Source of the DNA: an uncultured Actinomycetes bacterium
GTDB taxonomy: Bacteria; Actinomycetota; UBA4738; HRBIN12
Length of the DNA: 64,000 nt
Reading direction: 5' to 3'
Assembly (NCBI GenBank): GCA_963723855.1
Contig: CAVRSI010000013.1
Coordinates: forward strand, 166,196-230,195
In this document: positions 1 to 9,362 of the stretch, piece after piece
How the letters are laid out: each line of letters begins with the position of its first letter
Numbering within the stretch: position 1 is the stretch's first letter
The notes under the pieces: generated by a model
Databases searched by the model: none
The model's input: the letters and a program-made list of their open reading frames with translations, nothing else
Told to the model about the DNA's origin: nothing
Position numbers and translations under genes: made by a program

Positions 1-1
1 G

Positions 2-562
2 CACGGCTACCGCGGGGCCCGCGTCGAGGACATCGCCACCGAGGTCGGCGTGGCCAAGGGCACGGTGTTCCTGGACTTCTCCAACAAGGAAGGGCTGTTC
101 CTGGCCGCGTACCAACGAGCGGTCTCGAGCCTCCCGGCGTGGCTCGATGCGCCCGGGGACGTTGTCGAGAGCGGATTCTGGGCCACGCTCGACTGGTGGC
201 TGGAGCGGACCGAGGAGTTCGGCCGCCAGGACTGGGTGGCGAACCGGGTGGCGTTGATCGGCCGGTACGACACGGGTCTGGGACTGCGCCGACCGATCGA
301 CCGCTTCATGCGGAGCGAGGACCCGTACGGCACGCTCGAGTTCGTGGAGTTCGGCGTGCGACGCGGCGAGGTCCGCAGCGACGTTGACGTCGAGATGCTC
401 GCGTCGATGATGGACTGGCTGGCCGAGCGGTTCCAGGACGCGCTGGTCTCGGAGGACCTCGACCCCGGCTTGATCCACCGGACGCCCGAGCGCCGATCCA
501 TGCGGATCCGCGAGTTCGTCGAGGTGCTCCGCGGAGGCATCGAGGACCGACACGATGAGTGA
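2..562 (+). CDS. TetR/AcrR-family transcriptional regulator (5' end outside window)
   Basis: Frame from nt 2 reads HGYRGARVEDIATEVGVAKGTVFLDFSNKEGLF, a TetR-type HTH. The ORF continues to the TGA at 560-562. It lies directly upstream of the proline dehydrogenase. Confidence 0.85.
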   Translation, partial: HGYRGARVEDIATEVGVAKGTVFLDFSNKEGLFLAAYQRAVSSLPAWLDAPGDVVESGFWATLDWWLERTEEFGRQDWVANRVALIGRYDTGLGLRRPIDRFMRSEDPYGTLEFVEFGVRRGEVRSDVDVEMLASMMDWLAERFQDALVSEDLDPGLIHRTPERRSMRIREFVEVLRGGIEDRHDE

Positions 563-565
563 ACG

Positions 566-1501
566 ATGACGCTGTCGACCTCCGTGATCCGCCCGTCGAT
601 CCTGCGCCTGGCGGGATCTCCGTGGTTCCGCCGGCTGGCCACGACCACCCGTCCCGGCCGCGCCGTGGCGTCGCGGTTCGTCGCCGGCGAGACGCTGGAT
701 CAGGCCATGGCCGTCGCGCGGGACCTCGACCGGAACCGCGTCGCCGCCATGCTCGATCACCTGGGGGAGAACGTGGGAACGGCCGCGCAAGCCGTCGACG
801 CGCGCGACGCGTACCTCACGGCGATCGGGGCGATCCGGCTCGACCCCTCGATCGACATCGCCGTCTCGCTCAAGCTCACGCAGCTCGGTCTGGACCGCTC
901 GGTCGAGGATTGCGTGGCGAACGTCGAGCCCATCCTCGCGGCGGCCGACGATGCCGGCACCCTGGTGATGATCGACATGGAGGCCCACGCCTACGTCGAT
1001 CGAACGCTCGACGTCGTGCGCCGGGTGCACGCCGGGCACCCTCGCGTCGGCGTGGCGCTTCAGTCGTACCTCCGCCGCTCCGTGACCGATGTCTTCGACC
1101 TGCCCATCGGTATCCGCGTGCGGCTGGTGAAGGGTTCCTACCTCGAGCCCCCCGAGGTCGTGTACGCCGACAAGCAGGAGGTGGACCAGAGCTTCCGGCG
1201 GTTGTTCGTCACGCTCTTCGAGCGCGGTCACGCGATCGACGTGGCGACGCACGATCCGCGGCTGCTCGAGGGCGTCCGCAGGATCGTCGATGCCACCGAG
1301 AACGGCTGGTTACGGGTGGAGTTCCAGATGCTGTACGGTGTCCGCCGGGATCTGCAGGCCGACCTCGCGCGGCGCGGTTACCCGGTTCGGGTCTACGTCC
1401 CGTACGGCACCGAGTGGTACCCCTATCTGACGCGTCGGCTGGCGGAGCGACCCGCGAACATGTGGTTCTTCGCGTCCAACCTGATACGGAGCGCACGATG
1501 A
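566..1501 (+). CDS. Proline dehydrogenase (monofunctional PRODH)
   Basis: 311-aa ORF. RFVAGETLDQAMAVARDL, LDHLGENV and the C-terminal VYVPYGTEWYPYLTRRLAERPANMWFF are typical of bacterial PRODH-domain proteins. Confidence 0.85.
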   Translation: MTLSTSVIRPSILRLAGSPWFRRLATTTRPGRAVASRFVAGETLDQAMAVARDLDRNRVAAMLDHLGENVGTAAQAVDARDAYLTAIGAIRLDPSIDIAVSLKLTQLGLDRSVEDCVANVEPILAAADDAGTLVMIDMEAHAYVDRTLDVVRRVHAGHPRVGVALQSYLRRSVTDVFDLPIGIRVRLVKGSYLEPPEVVYADKQEVDQSFRRLFVTLFERGHAIDVATHDPRLLEGVRRIVDATENGWLRVEFQMLYGVRRDLQADLARRGYPVRVYVPYGTEWYPYLTRRLAERPANMWFFASNLIRSAR

Positions 1502-2340
1502 CAGCCAAGGAGATACAGAGGCGGGTGGCGTTCCTCGGCGGCGGCAAGATGGCCGAGGCGCTCATCTCCGGACTGATCCGCTCGGGCGGGCGGACGGCGG
1601 ACGAGATCATGGTCACGTGCCGCCGTGAGGAGCGCGCGCTGGAGCTCGCCGGCAAGTACGGCGTCACCGCGACGCTCGACAACGCCGAGGCTGCGCACTG
1701 GGCGCACGTCCTGGTCCTGATGGCCAAGCCGCAGGACATGGAGGTCCTCCTGACGCAGATCCGGGGCGCCGTGTCTCCTGAGGATCTGGTCGTGAGCTTC
1801 GCCGCCGGCATCCGCACGTCGTTCGTGCAGAAGCATCTGGCCGACGACGTGGCCGTGGTCCGCGTCATGTCGAACGTCCCCGTCATGGTGGATGAGGCGA
1901 TGTCGGTGATCGCGGCCGGGTCGCGCGCGACGGACGAGCACATGGTGATCACCGAGGAGCTGCTCGGCTACGTCGGGAAGGTTCTGCGGCAGAAAGAGGT
2001 CCACATGGACGCCGTCACGGCGACGAGCGGCAGCGGCCCGGCGTACTTCTTCCTGCTCGCCGAGGCCATGATCGAGGCCTGTATCCTGCTGGGACTGTCG
2101 CGCGACGTCGCGACCGAGCTGATCATCCAGACGATGCTCGGTTCGGCGAAGATGCTTCGCGACACCGGCAAGCATCCCGTGGAGCTCCGCGAGATGGTGA
2201 CGTCGCCGGGCGGCACGACGATCGCGGCCATCCGCATCTTGGAGGAAGCCGGGGTGCGCGCCGCGTTCCTCAACGCGATCGACGCCGCCTGCAAGCGGGG
2301 CCTGGAGCTCGCCCAGGGCGGCGATGACGACGAAGACTAA
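1498..2340 (+). CDS. proC: Pyrroline-5-carboxylate reductase
   Basis: ATG at 1498 overlaps the upstream stop (ATGA). Contains the Rossmann motif VAFLGGGKMAEALISGL and the ProC signature MVTSPGGTTIAAIRILEE. 280 aa. Confidence 0.92.
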   Translation: MTAKEIQRRVAFLGGGKMAEALISGLIRSGGRTADEIMVTCRREERALELAGKYGVTATLDNAEAAHWAHVLVLMAKPQDMEVLLTQIRGAVSPEDLVVSFAAGIRTSFVQKHLADDVAVVRVMSNVPVMVDEAMSVIAAGSRATDEHMVITEELLGYVGKVLRQKEVHMDAVTATSGSGPAYFFLLAEAMIEACILLGLSRDVATELIIQTMLGSAKMLRDTGKHPVELREMVTSPGGTTIAAIRILEEAGVRAAFLNAIDAACKRGLELAQGGDDDED

Positions 2341-2350
2341 GGAGTAGTTG

Positions 2351-2473
2351 ATGGGCAAAGGAGACCTCGCCAAGGTCCGCGACTCGAAGGACCGGCAGCG
2401 TGAGAAGAAGGAGCGCGACAAGCGTCAGGCCGCCGAGCGCGGCAAGGCGCGGAAGGCAGCGAAGAAGAAGTAG
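2351..2473 (+). CDS. Small Lys/Arg-rich protein (40 aa), hypothetical
   Basis: Not in the ORF track (below its size cutoff). AAGGAG at 2339-2344 lies 6 nt before the ATG at 2351. Reads MGKGDLAKVRDSKDRQREKKERDKRQAAERGKARKAAKKK, stop TAG at 2471-2473. Confidence 0.5.
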   Translation: MGKGDLAKVRDSKDRQREKKERDKRQAAERGKARKAAKKK

Positions 2474-2487
2474 ATCGGCCGGGCTCC

Positions 2488-3147
2488 TCAGTTCGACGGC
2501 GAGAGCCGGCGCACGGCGTCTCGAAGCTCACGGAGCTCACGATGGAGGTCGTCGATGTTCGACTTGGTTGCCGGCTCCGCCTCCGGCTTGAGCTTGTAGT
2601 CGATAGCCCCGCCCGTACGGAGCTCGGCCCACTGGACATCGTCACTGGGGTCTCCGACGCCTTGGCGGCGCAGCTCGGCGAAGAGGTCCAGCTGCGAGAT
2701 GCCGAGCCCCCTGAGTGCCCATTCCTGGATCTCCCCATCGTCGATGAGGAGTACGGGATCCGTTCGCGTGGCGAATAGGCTGCTCACCATGCCCGTCGGC
2801 TCGGGCGAGGGCTTGCGCTCCTTCTCCTCCTGTTGGCTCCGGTCGGCCCGCCCCATCTTCCGGGCCCACTCCCAGCGCGCCACGAGCTCGTTCGCCACGA
2901 TCAACGTCACCGCCCCCACGGCGCCGCCGACGAACGAGTTGTCGGGACCGATGATCGCGTTCTGGACGACGTTCGACAGCAGGAGCACCACGACGAAGTC
3001 CGACGCCGTGAGCTGCGCGGCGTCGCGCTTCGCGAAACGCATCAAGATGTAGATCAGCGCGTACACCGCCACGGTGCGCAACACCTTGTCCCAGATGGGG
3101 ATCTGCGACCGAAGGATGTCGTTGAACGATCCGGCGATCAGGTGCAC
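2488..3147 (-). CDS. DUF421 (YetF-like) membrane protein
   Basis: 219 aa. QLTASDFVVVLLLSNVVQNAIIGPDNSFVGGAVGAVTLIVAN matches the DUF421 core as I remember it. Confidence 0.7.
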   Translation of the reverse strand: MHLIAGSFNDILRSQIPIWDKVLRTVAVYALIYILMRFAKRDAAQLTASDFVVVLLLSNVVQNAIIGPDNSFVGGAVGAVTLIVANELVARWEWARKMGRADRSQQEEKERKPSPEPTGMVSSLFATRTDPVLLIDDGEIQEWALRGLGISQLDLFAELRRQGVGDPSDDVQWAELRTGGAIDYKLKPEAEPATKSNIDDLHRELRELRDAVRRLSPSN

Positions 3148-3162
3148 GGTGCCTCCTCTTCC

Positions 3163-3945
3163 TCAGCGGGGTGAGAGCCGGTTGCGGAGCGTGCCGATGC
3201 CTTCCGCCGCGAGCTCGATGCGAGCCCCGGGCCACAGACGCCGGGACGGGTCGAGGTCGGCGCCTCCGAACGGACCGAGCGCGAACGCGTCGCCGCGTTC
3301 CAGGGTCGCGATCCGGGAGGCGTCGCTGATCAGTGCGTACAGGCTCGCGGCCGCTCCGTTCAGGTTGCCCTTGGCGAGCTCCTCGCCGTCGATCGTGACC
3401 TGCACGATCATCGTCTGCGGGTCGATCTCGTCGGCGGTCACGACGCACGGACCGATCGCCAGCGGGAGGCCGTCGGACGTGGTCAGCGGATCGCCGCTCG
3501 CACCGTGCGCCGACCAGTCGTTCACCAACGTGTACCCGAAGATGTTCGCGGGAACCTCGTCGGGTGCGGCGCCCGTGGTCTCCAACCCGAGGACGGCGGC
3601 GACCTTCGGCTCGTAGTCGATCCAGGCCGCGTCGAGCGGCCAGGGAACGTCTTGCTCCGGCCCGACGATGCGGCGCTCCACCGCATAGGCGTCGGGGGTG
3701 AGCAAGGAGGAGGGGAAGAGGGGCGGCAGGATACGTGCCTGTTCGACGACGTGGTTCGCCGTCTCGTCTCGTTCGAGGGCGGCACGGGCGGCATCCATCA
3801 CGGAGCCGCGGCTGCTCGCCACCAGAGCTTCCAAGGTGGTGGGGAAGGCGGGGTGCCCAACCACGTCGGGCAGATCGACTACCTCACCCCCGAGGATCGC
3901 TCCCAGTCGCCGGTGCCCCCTCCGGTCATAGGTCACGAGCCTCAT
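3163..3945 (-). CDS. Fumarylacetoacetate hydrolase (FAH) family protein
   Basis: 260 aa. N-terminal MRLVTYDRRGHRRLGAILGGEVVDL and a C-terminal domain with FAH-fold character (FGYTLVNDWSA, GDAFALGPFGG). Confidence 0.75.
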   Translation of the reverse strand: MRLVTYDRRGHRRLGAILGGEVVDLPDVVGHPAFPTTLEALVASSRGSVMDAARAALERDETANHVVEQARILPPLFPSSLLTPDAYAVERRIVGPEQDVPWPLDAAWIDYEPKVAAVLGLETTGAAPDEVPANIFGYTLVNDWSAHGASGDPLTTSDGLPLAIGPCVVTADEIDPQTMIVQVTIDGEELAKGNLNGAAASLYALISDASRIATLERGDAFALGPFGGADLDPSRRLWPGARIELAAEGIGTLRNRLSPR

Positions 3946-4105
3946 CAGGGAGCCGAAGCATACGCCCGCCCACCTGCGATTTCCGGGTTTGGGCCGACGA
4001 ACTGCCGGTCACACGCGGATAGGCGCTCAACGGGGGCGTTGGCTAAGCTACACGTGGCATCACCAGCGGTTTCCGAACGCATCCGATGGAAGGGGATGAC
4101 GCCCC

Positions 4106-5672
4106 ATGTCGACGAAGTTCCGCATCACCTACGCGACCATGTCGGCCGACAACGAGGAGCTCCAGCAGGCCTATGACGAGGCCGCCGAGCGGATGAAGGG
4201 CGAGCTCGGCAAGGACTACCCGGTCATCGTGAACGGCGAGGAGCGCTGGCGCGAGGACAAGTACATCGAGCCGTCGCCGATCGACCACGACGTCGTGATC
4301 GGCCGCTTCTCGCAGGCGACCGCCGAGGACGTCGAGGACGCGGTCGCCGCGGCCAAGGCGTTCTCGCTCGAGTGGGACCGGATGGGGTGGAAGGAGCGCG
4401 TCCGGATCCTCCGCAACGTGGCCGACATCATGGAGGACCGGCTGTTCGACCTGGCGGCGCTGATGGCCTACGAGGTCGGCAAGAGCCGCCTCGAGGCACT
4501 GGGCGACGTGCAGGAGACCGCCGAGCTGATCCGCTGGAACTGCGACGCGATGGAGCAGCACGACGGGTTCCGCACGCCGATGAGCGGTCTCGGCGCCGCC
4601 GGCGACTACTACGACGTGATGCGCCCCTACGGGGTGTGGGCCGTGATCAGTCCGTTCAACTTCCCGATGGCCCTGTCGGGCGGGCCGTCGTCCGGCGCGC
4701 TCGTCGCCGGCAACTGCGTGGTGCTGAAGCCCTCGAACCAGGGCGCGCTGCTCGGCTACAAGCTCTACGAGTGCTACCGGGACGGGGGCGTCCCCGCCGG
4801 GGCGTTCCACCTGGTGGTCGGACGCGGCGCGGTGGCCGGCGAGGCGCTCTGGAAGCACCCGGACGTCGCCGGCGTCACGTTCACCGGCTCGTACCAGGTG
4901 GGCATGAGCATCTACCGGGAGTTCGCGACCGACGTGCCGAAGCCCGTGATCTGCGAGATGGGCGGGAAGAACCCGGCGATCGTCACCAAGAACGCGGACC
5001 TCGACGTCGCGACCGACGGCGTGCTGCGCTCGGCCTTCGGGTTCGGCGGGCAGAAGTGCTCGGCGTGCTCGCGGGTGTTCGTGGAACGCGAGGTCTACGA
5101 CGACTTCCTCGGGATGCTCAAGGAGAAGACCGAGAAGATCACGGTCGGCGACCCGATCCGGCGCGACGTCTACCTCGGGCCGATCATCAACGAGGCCGCG
5201 CTCGACACCTATGAAGAGGCGGCGGCCGAGGCCGGGAAGAACGGCACGCTCGTGACGGGCGGCGCGCGTATCACCGAGGGCGACCTGGGTCGGGGGCTCT
5301 TCGTGCAACCGACGATCGCCGAGGCGCCCGACGACAGCTGGCTCTGGAAGAAGGAGCTGTTCGTGCCGTTCGTCATGGTGGCGCCGTTCGACGAGCTGGA
5401 TGACGCGATCGAGAAGGCGAACGCGACCGAGTACGGCCTGACGGCCGGGTTCTTCAGCACGGACCAGGCGGAGGTCGACGAATGGCTCGACCGGATCCAG
5501 GCGGGCGTGGTCTACGTGAACCGTCGCGCCGGCGCGACGACCGGGCGCGTGGCCGGGCGTCCAGCCGTTCGGCGGCTGGAAGGGCTCCGGGACGACCGGC
5601 AAGGCCGGCGGCGGTCCGTACTACGTCTCGCTGTACCTGCGGGAGCAGTCGCGGACGGTGATCTCGGAGTGA
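4106..5672 (+). CDS. pruA: L-glutamate gamma-semialdehyde (P5C) dehydrogenase, aldehyde dehydrogenase family; one +1 frame break
   Basis: ALDH motifs present (FTGSYQVG, EMGGKNPAIV, GQKCSACSR). Frame is lost at GGG 5543-5545. Dropping one G restores ...VYVNRRAGATTGAWPGVQPFGGWKGSGTTGKAGGGPYYVSLYLREQSRTVISE, stop at 5670-5672. Length 1567 = 3n+1. Confidence 0.85.
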
Positions 5673-7027
5673 GCCTGGAGGACGTGGAGCTCGAAGCCTT
5701 GGCGAACGCCGAGGCGCCGCACCTGATCACCGATCTCCCGGGGCCTGTGGCGCAGGAGGTCCTGGACCGCGACGCGCGCGTGACGAGCCCGTCGCTCCCG
5801 CGCGTGTACGAGTTCGTCCCCAAGCGGGGCTCCGGGTCCGTGGTCGAAGACGTCGACGGGAACCTCTTCCTCGACGTCAACGCCGGCATCGCGGTCACGT
5901 CGACCGGACACTGTCACCCGAGGGTGGTGGCGGCGATCCAGGAGCAGGCGGCGGAGCTGATCCACTACTCGGCGAGCGACTTCTTCCTGCCCATCTATTC
6001 CGAGGTCGCCGAGCGCCTGGACGAGATCGCGCCGATGTCGGGGCCCGTCCGCTCGTTCCTCACGAACTCCGGGACCGAGGCGGTCGAGGCGGGCATGAAG
6101 CTCGCCCGGTGGGCGACGGGACGGCAGTACATCCTGGCGTTCTACAACTCGTTCCACGGCCGGTCCTATGGGAGCGTCTCCCTCACCGCGTCGAAGGCGG
6201 CGTACCGGGCGGGGTTCGGGCCGCTGCTGCCGGGCGTGATCCACGCCTACTACGGCGACGGTCGCGACATGGACATGGCGCCGGGCTCCGCCGAGGACGG
6301 CTTCCCCACGATCGACTACATCGAGCACTTCCTGTTCCGCAAGATGGTCTCGCCGCTCGAGGTGGCGGCGATCGTGGTCGAGCCGATCCTCGGTGAGGGC
6401 GGCTACATCGTCCCGCCCGACGGGTGGCTGATGGCGCTCCGCGAGCTCTGCGACCGCCACGGGATCTTCCTGGTCTGCGACGAGGTGCAGTGCGGCATGG
6501 GGCGCACCGGCAAGATGTGGGCGGTGGAGCACACGGGGGTCGAGCCCGACATCCTCCTCGCCGGCAAGGGCATCGCGAGCGGCATGCCGCTCGGCGCCAT
6601 GATCGCCAAGGACGAGAAGATGACGTGGACGATCGGCACCCACGGCTCCACGTACGGCGGGAACGCCGTCTCCTGCGCGGCCGCTCTGGCCACGATCGAC
6701 GTGATCCGCGACGAGCACCTGATGGAGAACGCGTCGAAGGTCGGCGACGTCCTCCTCAACGGTCTCCGCGACCTGCAGGAGCGGAACGACCGCATCCGCG
6801 AGGTCCGCGGGCTCGCCCTGATGATCGGCGTCGAGCTGCCCGACCATCACGCGATGATCGCCGTGGAGCAGGCCGCGTTCAAGCGGGGGCTGCTCGCGCT
6901 CGGGTGCGGTGAGAGCACGATCCGGATGTCGCCCCCGCTCGTGTTCCGTGAGGACCAGGCGCGGACCGCGCTGGAGATCTTCGAGGGCGCACTCGCCGAC
7001 GCCGAGGGCGCCGGGGAAGCCGGGTAG
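5669..7027 (+). CDS. Class-III (GabT / ornithine-type) pyridoxal-phosphate aminotransferase
   Basis: GTG at 5669 overlaps the repaired pruA stop (GTGA). Contains LTNSGTEAVEAGMKLAR, CDEVQCGMGRTGKMWA and GSTYGGN. 452 aa. Confidence 0.88.
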   Translation: MSLEDVELEALANAEAPHLITDLPGPVAQEVLDRDARVTSPSLPRVYEFVPKRGSGSVVEDVDGNLFLDVNAGIAVTSTGHCHPRVVAAIQEQAAELIHYSASDFFLPIYSEVAERLDEIAPMSGPVRSFLTNSGTEAVEAGMKLARWATGRQYILAFYNSFHGRSYGSVSLTASKAAYRAGFGPLLPGVIHAYYGDGRDMDMAPGSAEDGFPTIDYIEHFLFRKMVSPLEVAAIVVEPILGEGGYIVPPDGWLMALRELCDRHGIFLVCDEVQCGMGRTGKMWAVEHTGVEPDILLAGKGIASGMPLGAMIAKDEKMTWTIGTHGSTYGGNAVSCAAALATIDVIRDEHLMENASKVGDVLLNGLRDLQERNDRIREVRGLALMIGVELPDHHAMIAVEQAAFKRGLLALGCGESTIRMSPPLVFREDQARTALEIFEGALADAEGAGEAG

Positions 7028-7036
7028 GAGCTCGTC

Positions 7037-7414
7037 GTGACCCTGAGCCTGGACACCATCACGTTCGACTGCGCGGACCCCAAGGCGCTGGCTGCGTTCT
7101 GGGCGGCGGCGCTCGGCATGGTCGTGGACGACGAAGATGACGACGGCGCGTTCGTCGTGGACCCCGAAGGGAAGAGCAGGGGCTTGTTCTTCCAGAAGGT
7201 TCCGGAGCCGAAGGCCGTGAAGGATCGGATCCATCTGGACGTCCGGCCGAGCGGCTCGATGGCCGCCGAGGTGACGCGGTTGAAGGAGCTCGGCGCCACC
7301 GAGGACGGGCTCGTGGAGGTGGAGAACAGCTTCTGGACGATCATGCTCGATCCCGAGGGCAACGAGTTCTGCGTGTTGCGTGGCCCCGAGGACGGATGGT
7401 CGGGTGAGCTCTGA
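7037..7414 (+). CDS. VOC / glyoxalase-like family protein
   Basis: 125 aa. LDTITFDCADPKALAAFWAAALG ... IHLDV ... DPEGNEFCV is the glyoxalase-like-domain pattern. Confidence 0.7.
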   Translation: MTLSLDTITFDCADPKALAAFWAAALGMVVDDEDDDGAFVVDPEGKSRGLFFQKVPEPKAVKDRIHLDVRPSGSMAAEVTRLKELGATEDGLVEVENSFWTIMLDPEGNEFCVLRGPEDGWSGEL

Positions 7415-8327
7415 CAAGGTCGCGACCATGCACGACGCCGTCGAGGCGTTGGTGCAGGACGGCGACACGGTGGCGATCGAGGGGTTCACCCACCTCATCT
7501 GTTTCGCGGCCGGGCACGAGATCATCCGTCAGGGCCGCCGCGACCTGACGCTCTGCCGCCTGACCCCCGACGTGATCTACGACCAGATGATCGGGGCCGG
7601 CGTCGCGTCCAAGCTCGTGTTCTCGTGGCTGGGCAACCCGGGGGTCGGCTCCTTGCACGCGATCAGGCGCCGGATCGAGCGCGCCGACCCGGCGCCGCTC
7701 GAGATCGAGGAGTACTCCCACTTCGGCATGGTGTGCCGGTACGTCGCCGGCGCCTCGAACCTGCCGTTCTTCCCCATCCGCAGCTACTTCGAGTCCGACA
7801 TCCCGGAGGTGAACCCCAGCATCAAGGCGATGGTCTCGCCGTACGAGGACGCGACCGAGGTGCACGTCGTGCCGCCGCTGAATCCCGACGTCACGATCGT
7901 TCACGCGCAACGCGCCGACGCCAGCGGCGATGCCCAGATCTGGGGGCTGCTCGGCTGTCAGAAGGAGGCCGCGTTCGCGGCCGATCGCGTGATCGTGGTG
8001 TGCGAGGAGATGGTGGAGGAGTCGGTGATCCGCGCCGACCCGAACCGCACCGTGATCCCCGGGGTGATCGTCGACGCGGTGGTGGAGGAGCCGTTCGCGT
8101 GCCATCCGTCGTTCACGCAGGGGTACTACGACCGCGACAACGCGTTCTACCTGGCGTGGGATGAGATCGCGCGCGACGCCGCCTCGCTCGATGCGTGGCT
8201 GGAGGAATGGGTCTACGGCCTGGCGAGCCACGCCGAGTACGTCGAGAAGATGGGCGAGCAGCTGTGGGATTCTCTGCGACCCGAACCGGCGATGTCGGGA
8301 GAGGTCGACTACGGGCGGTACGCGTGA
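7404..8327 (+). CDS. CoA-transferase subunit A (family I, glutaconate-CoA-transferase-like)
   Basis: GTG at 7404 is in frame (the ORF track starts at 7380). Reads VEALVQDGDTVAIEGFTHLICFAAGHEIIRQGRRDLTL. Confidence 0.8.
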   Translation: MSSDKVATMHDAVEALVQDGDTVAIEGFTHLICFAAGHEIIRQGRRDLTLCRLTPDVIYDQMIGAGVASKLVFSWLGNPGVGSLHAIRRRIERADPAPLEIEEYSHFGMVCRYVAGASNLPFFPIRSYFESDIPEVNPSIKAMVSPYEDATEVHVVPPLNPDVTIVHAQRADASGDAQIWGLLGCQKEAAFAADRVIVVCEEMVEESVIRADPNRTVIPGVIVDAVVEEPFACHPSFTQGYYDRDNAFYLAWDEIARDAASLDAWLEEWVYGLASHAEYVEKMGEQLWDSLRPEPAMSGEVDYGRYA

Positions 8328-9118
8328 GCGACGATGCGATGACGGCCGCGGCCGATCTCGGCTATTCCAAGTCCGAGATCATGATCGCGGCGAGCGCGCG
8401 CCAGCTCGACGCGGTCCAGAACTGCTTCGTCGGCGTGGGCTTGCCGAACATCGTCTGCAACCTGGCGCAGCGAACCGTCTCGCCGGACCTGCAGCTGGTG
8501 TACGAGTCCGGCGTGTTCGGCGCGCGCCCGGAGCGCCTGCCGCTGTCGATCGGCGACCCGACGCTCGTCACGGGCGCGACCGCCGTGACGTCGATGTTCG
8601 AGCTGTTCGCGTACTACCTCCAGGCGGGCTTGATCGATGTCGCGTTCCTGGGCGCGGCGCAGATCGACCGGTTCGGCAACATCAACACCACCGTGATCGG
8701 CGACTACGCCAACCCCAAGGTCCGCCTGCCCGGTTCCGGGGGCGCGTGCGAGATCGCGATCAACGCGCGGCAGGTCATGGTGATCATGCGGCAGGGCAAG
8801 CGCTCGTTCGTCGACACGATCGACTTCCGGACCTCGCCCGGACATTCGGGGGACCCGGCGCACGACGCCGCGCGCGGGTGGTGGGGCAGCGGACCGACGA
8901 GCGTCGTGACCGATCTGGGCACGTATACGTTCGACGAGGCAACCGGCGAGATGACCCTCGCGACCCTGCACCCGGGCGTCACGCTGGATCAGGTGGGCGA
9001 GAGCATGGGCTGGCAGCCGAAGGTCGCCGCCGAGCTGGGCCAAACGGCGCCGCCGACCGCGGAGGAGCTCCGCCTGATCCGCGAGGAGCTGGACCCGGCC
9101 GGCGTCTACACCACGTAG
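8324..9118 (+). CDS. CoA-transferase subunit B
   Basis: GTG at 8324 overlaps the subunit A stop (GTGA). Contains VGVGLPN ... ESG ... AQIDRFGNINTTVIGDY ... LPGSGGACEIA. Confidence 0.8.
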   Translation: MSDDAMTAAADLGYSKSEIMIAASARQLDAVQNCFVGVGLPNIVCNLAQRTVSPDLQLVYESGVFGARPERLPLSIGDPTLVTGATAVTSMFELFAYYLQAGLIDVAFLGAAQIDRFGNINTTVIGDYANPKVRLPGSGGACEIAINARQVMVIMRQGKRSFVDTIDFRTSPGHSGDPAHDAARGWWGSGPTSVVTDLGTYTFDEATGEMTLATLHPGVTLDQVGESMGWQPKVAAELGQTAPPTAEELRLIREELDPAGVYTT

Positions 9119-9131
9119 CGCAGGTGGAGCG

Positions 9132-9362
9132 GTGCCTCCGGGCGGTACCGTAGCGGCCATGCCGGAGCGCGATCCGGGACGCGAGCCCTCCCCGTGGGCC
9201 GATCCCGCCGAGATGAACGAGCCCGAGCCGGATTGGGCCAAGGAGATCCGCGCCCGCCGCAAGGCTCGAGCCGAGCGGCTGCGCAAGGTCTTCGACGGCT
9301 TCGACGCGCAGCCGCTGAAGCGGCCCGCTAAGCCGAAGCCCCCCGCGGGTGACGCCGGATGA
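9132..9362 (+). CDS. Hypothetical small acidic/basic protein
   Basis: 76-aa ORF whose stop overlaps the next ATG (ATGA at 9359). No recognisable domain. An alternative ATG start lies at 9159. Confidence 0.35.
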   Translation: MPPGGTVAAMPERDPGREPSPWADPAEMNEPEPDWAKEIRARRKARAERLRKVFDGFDAQPLKRPAKPKPPAGDAG

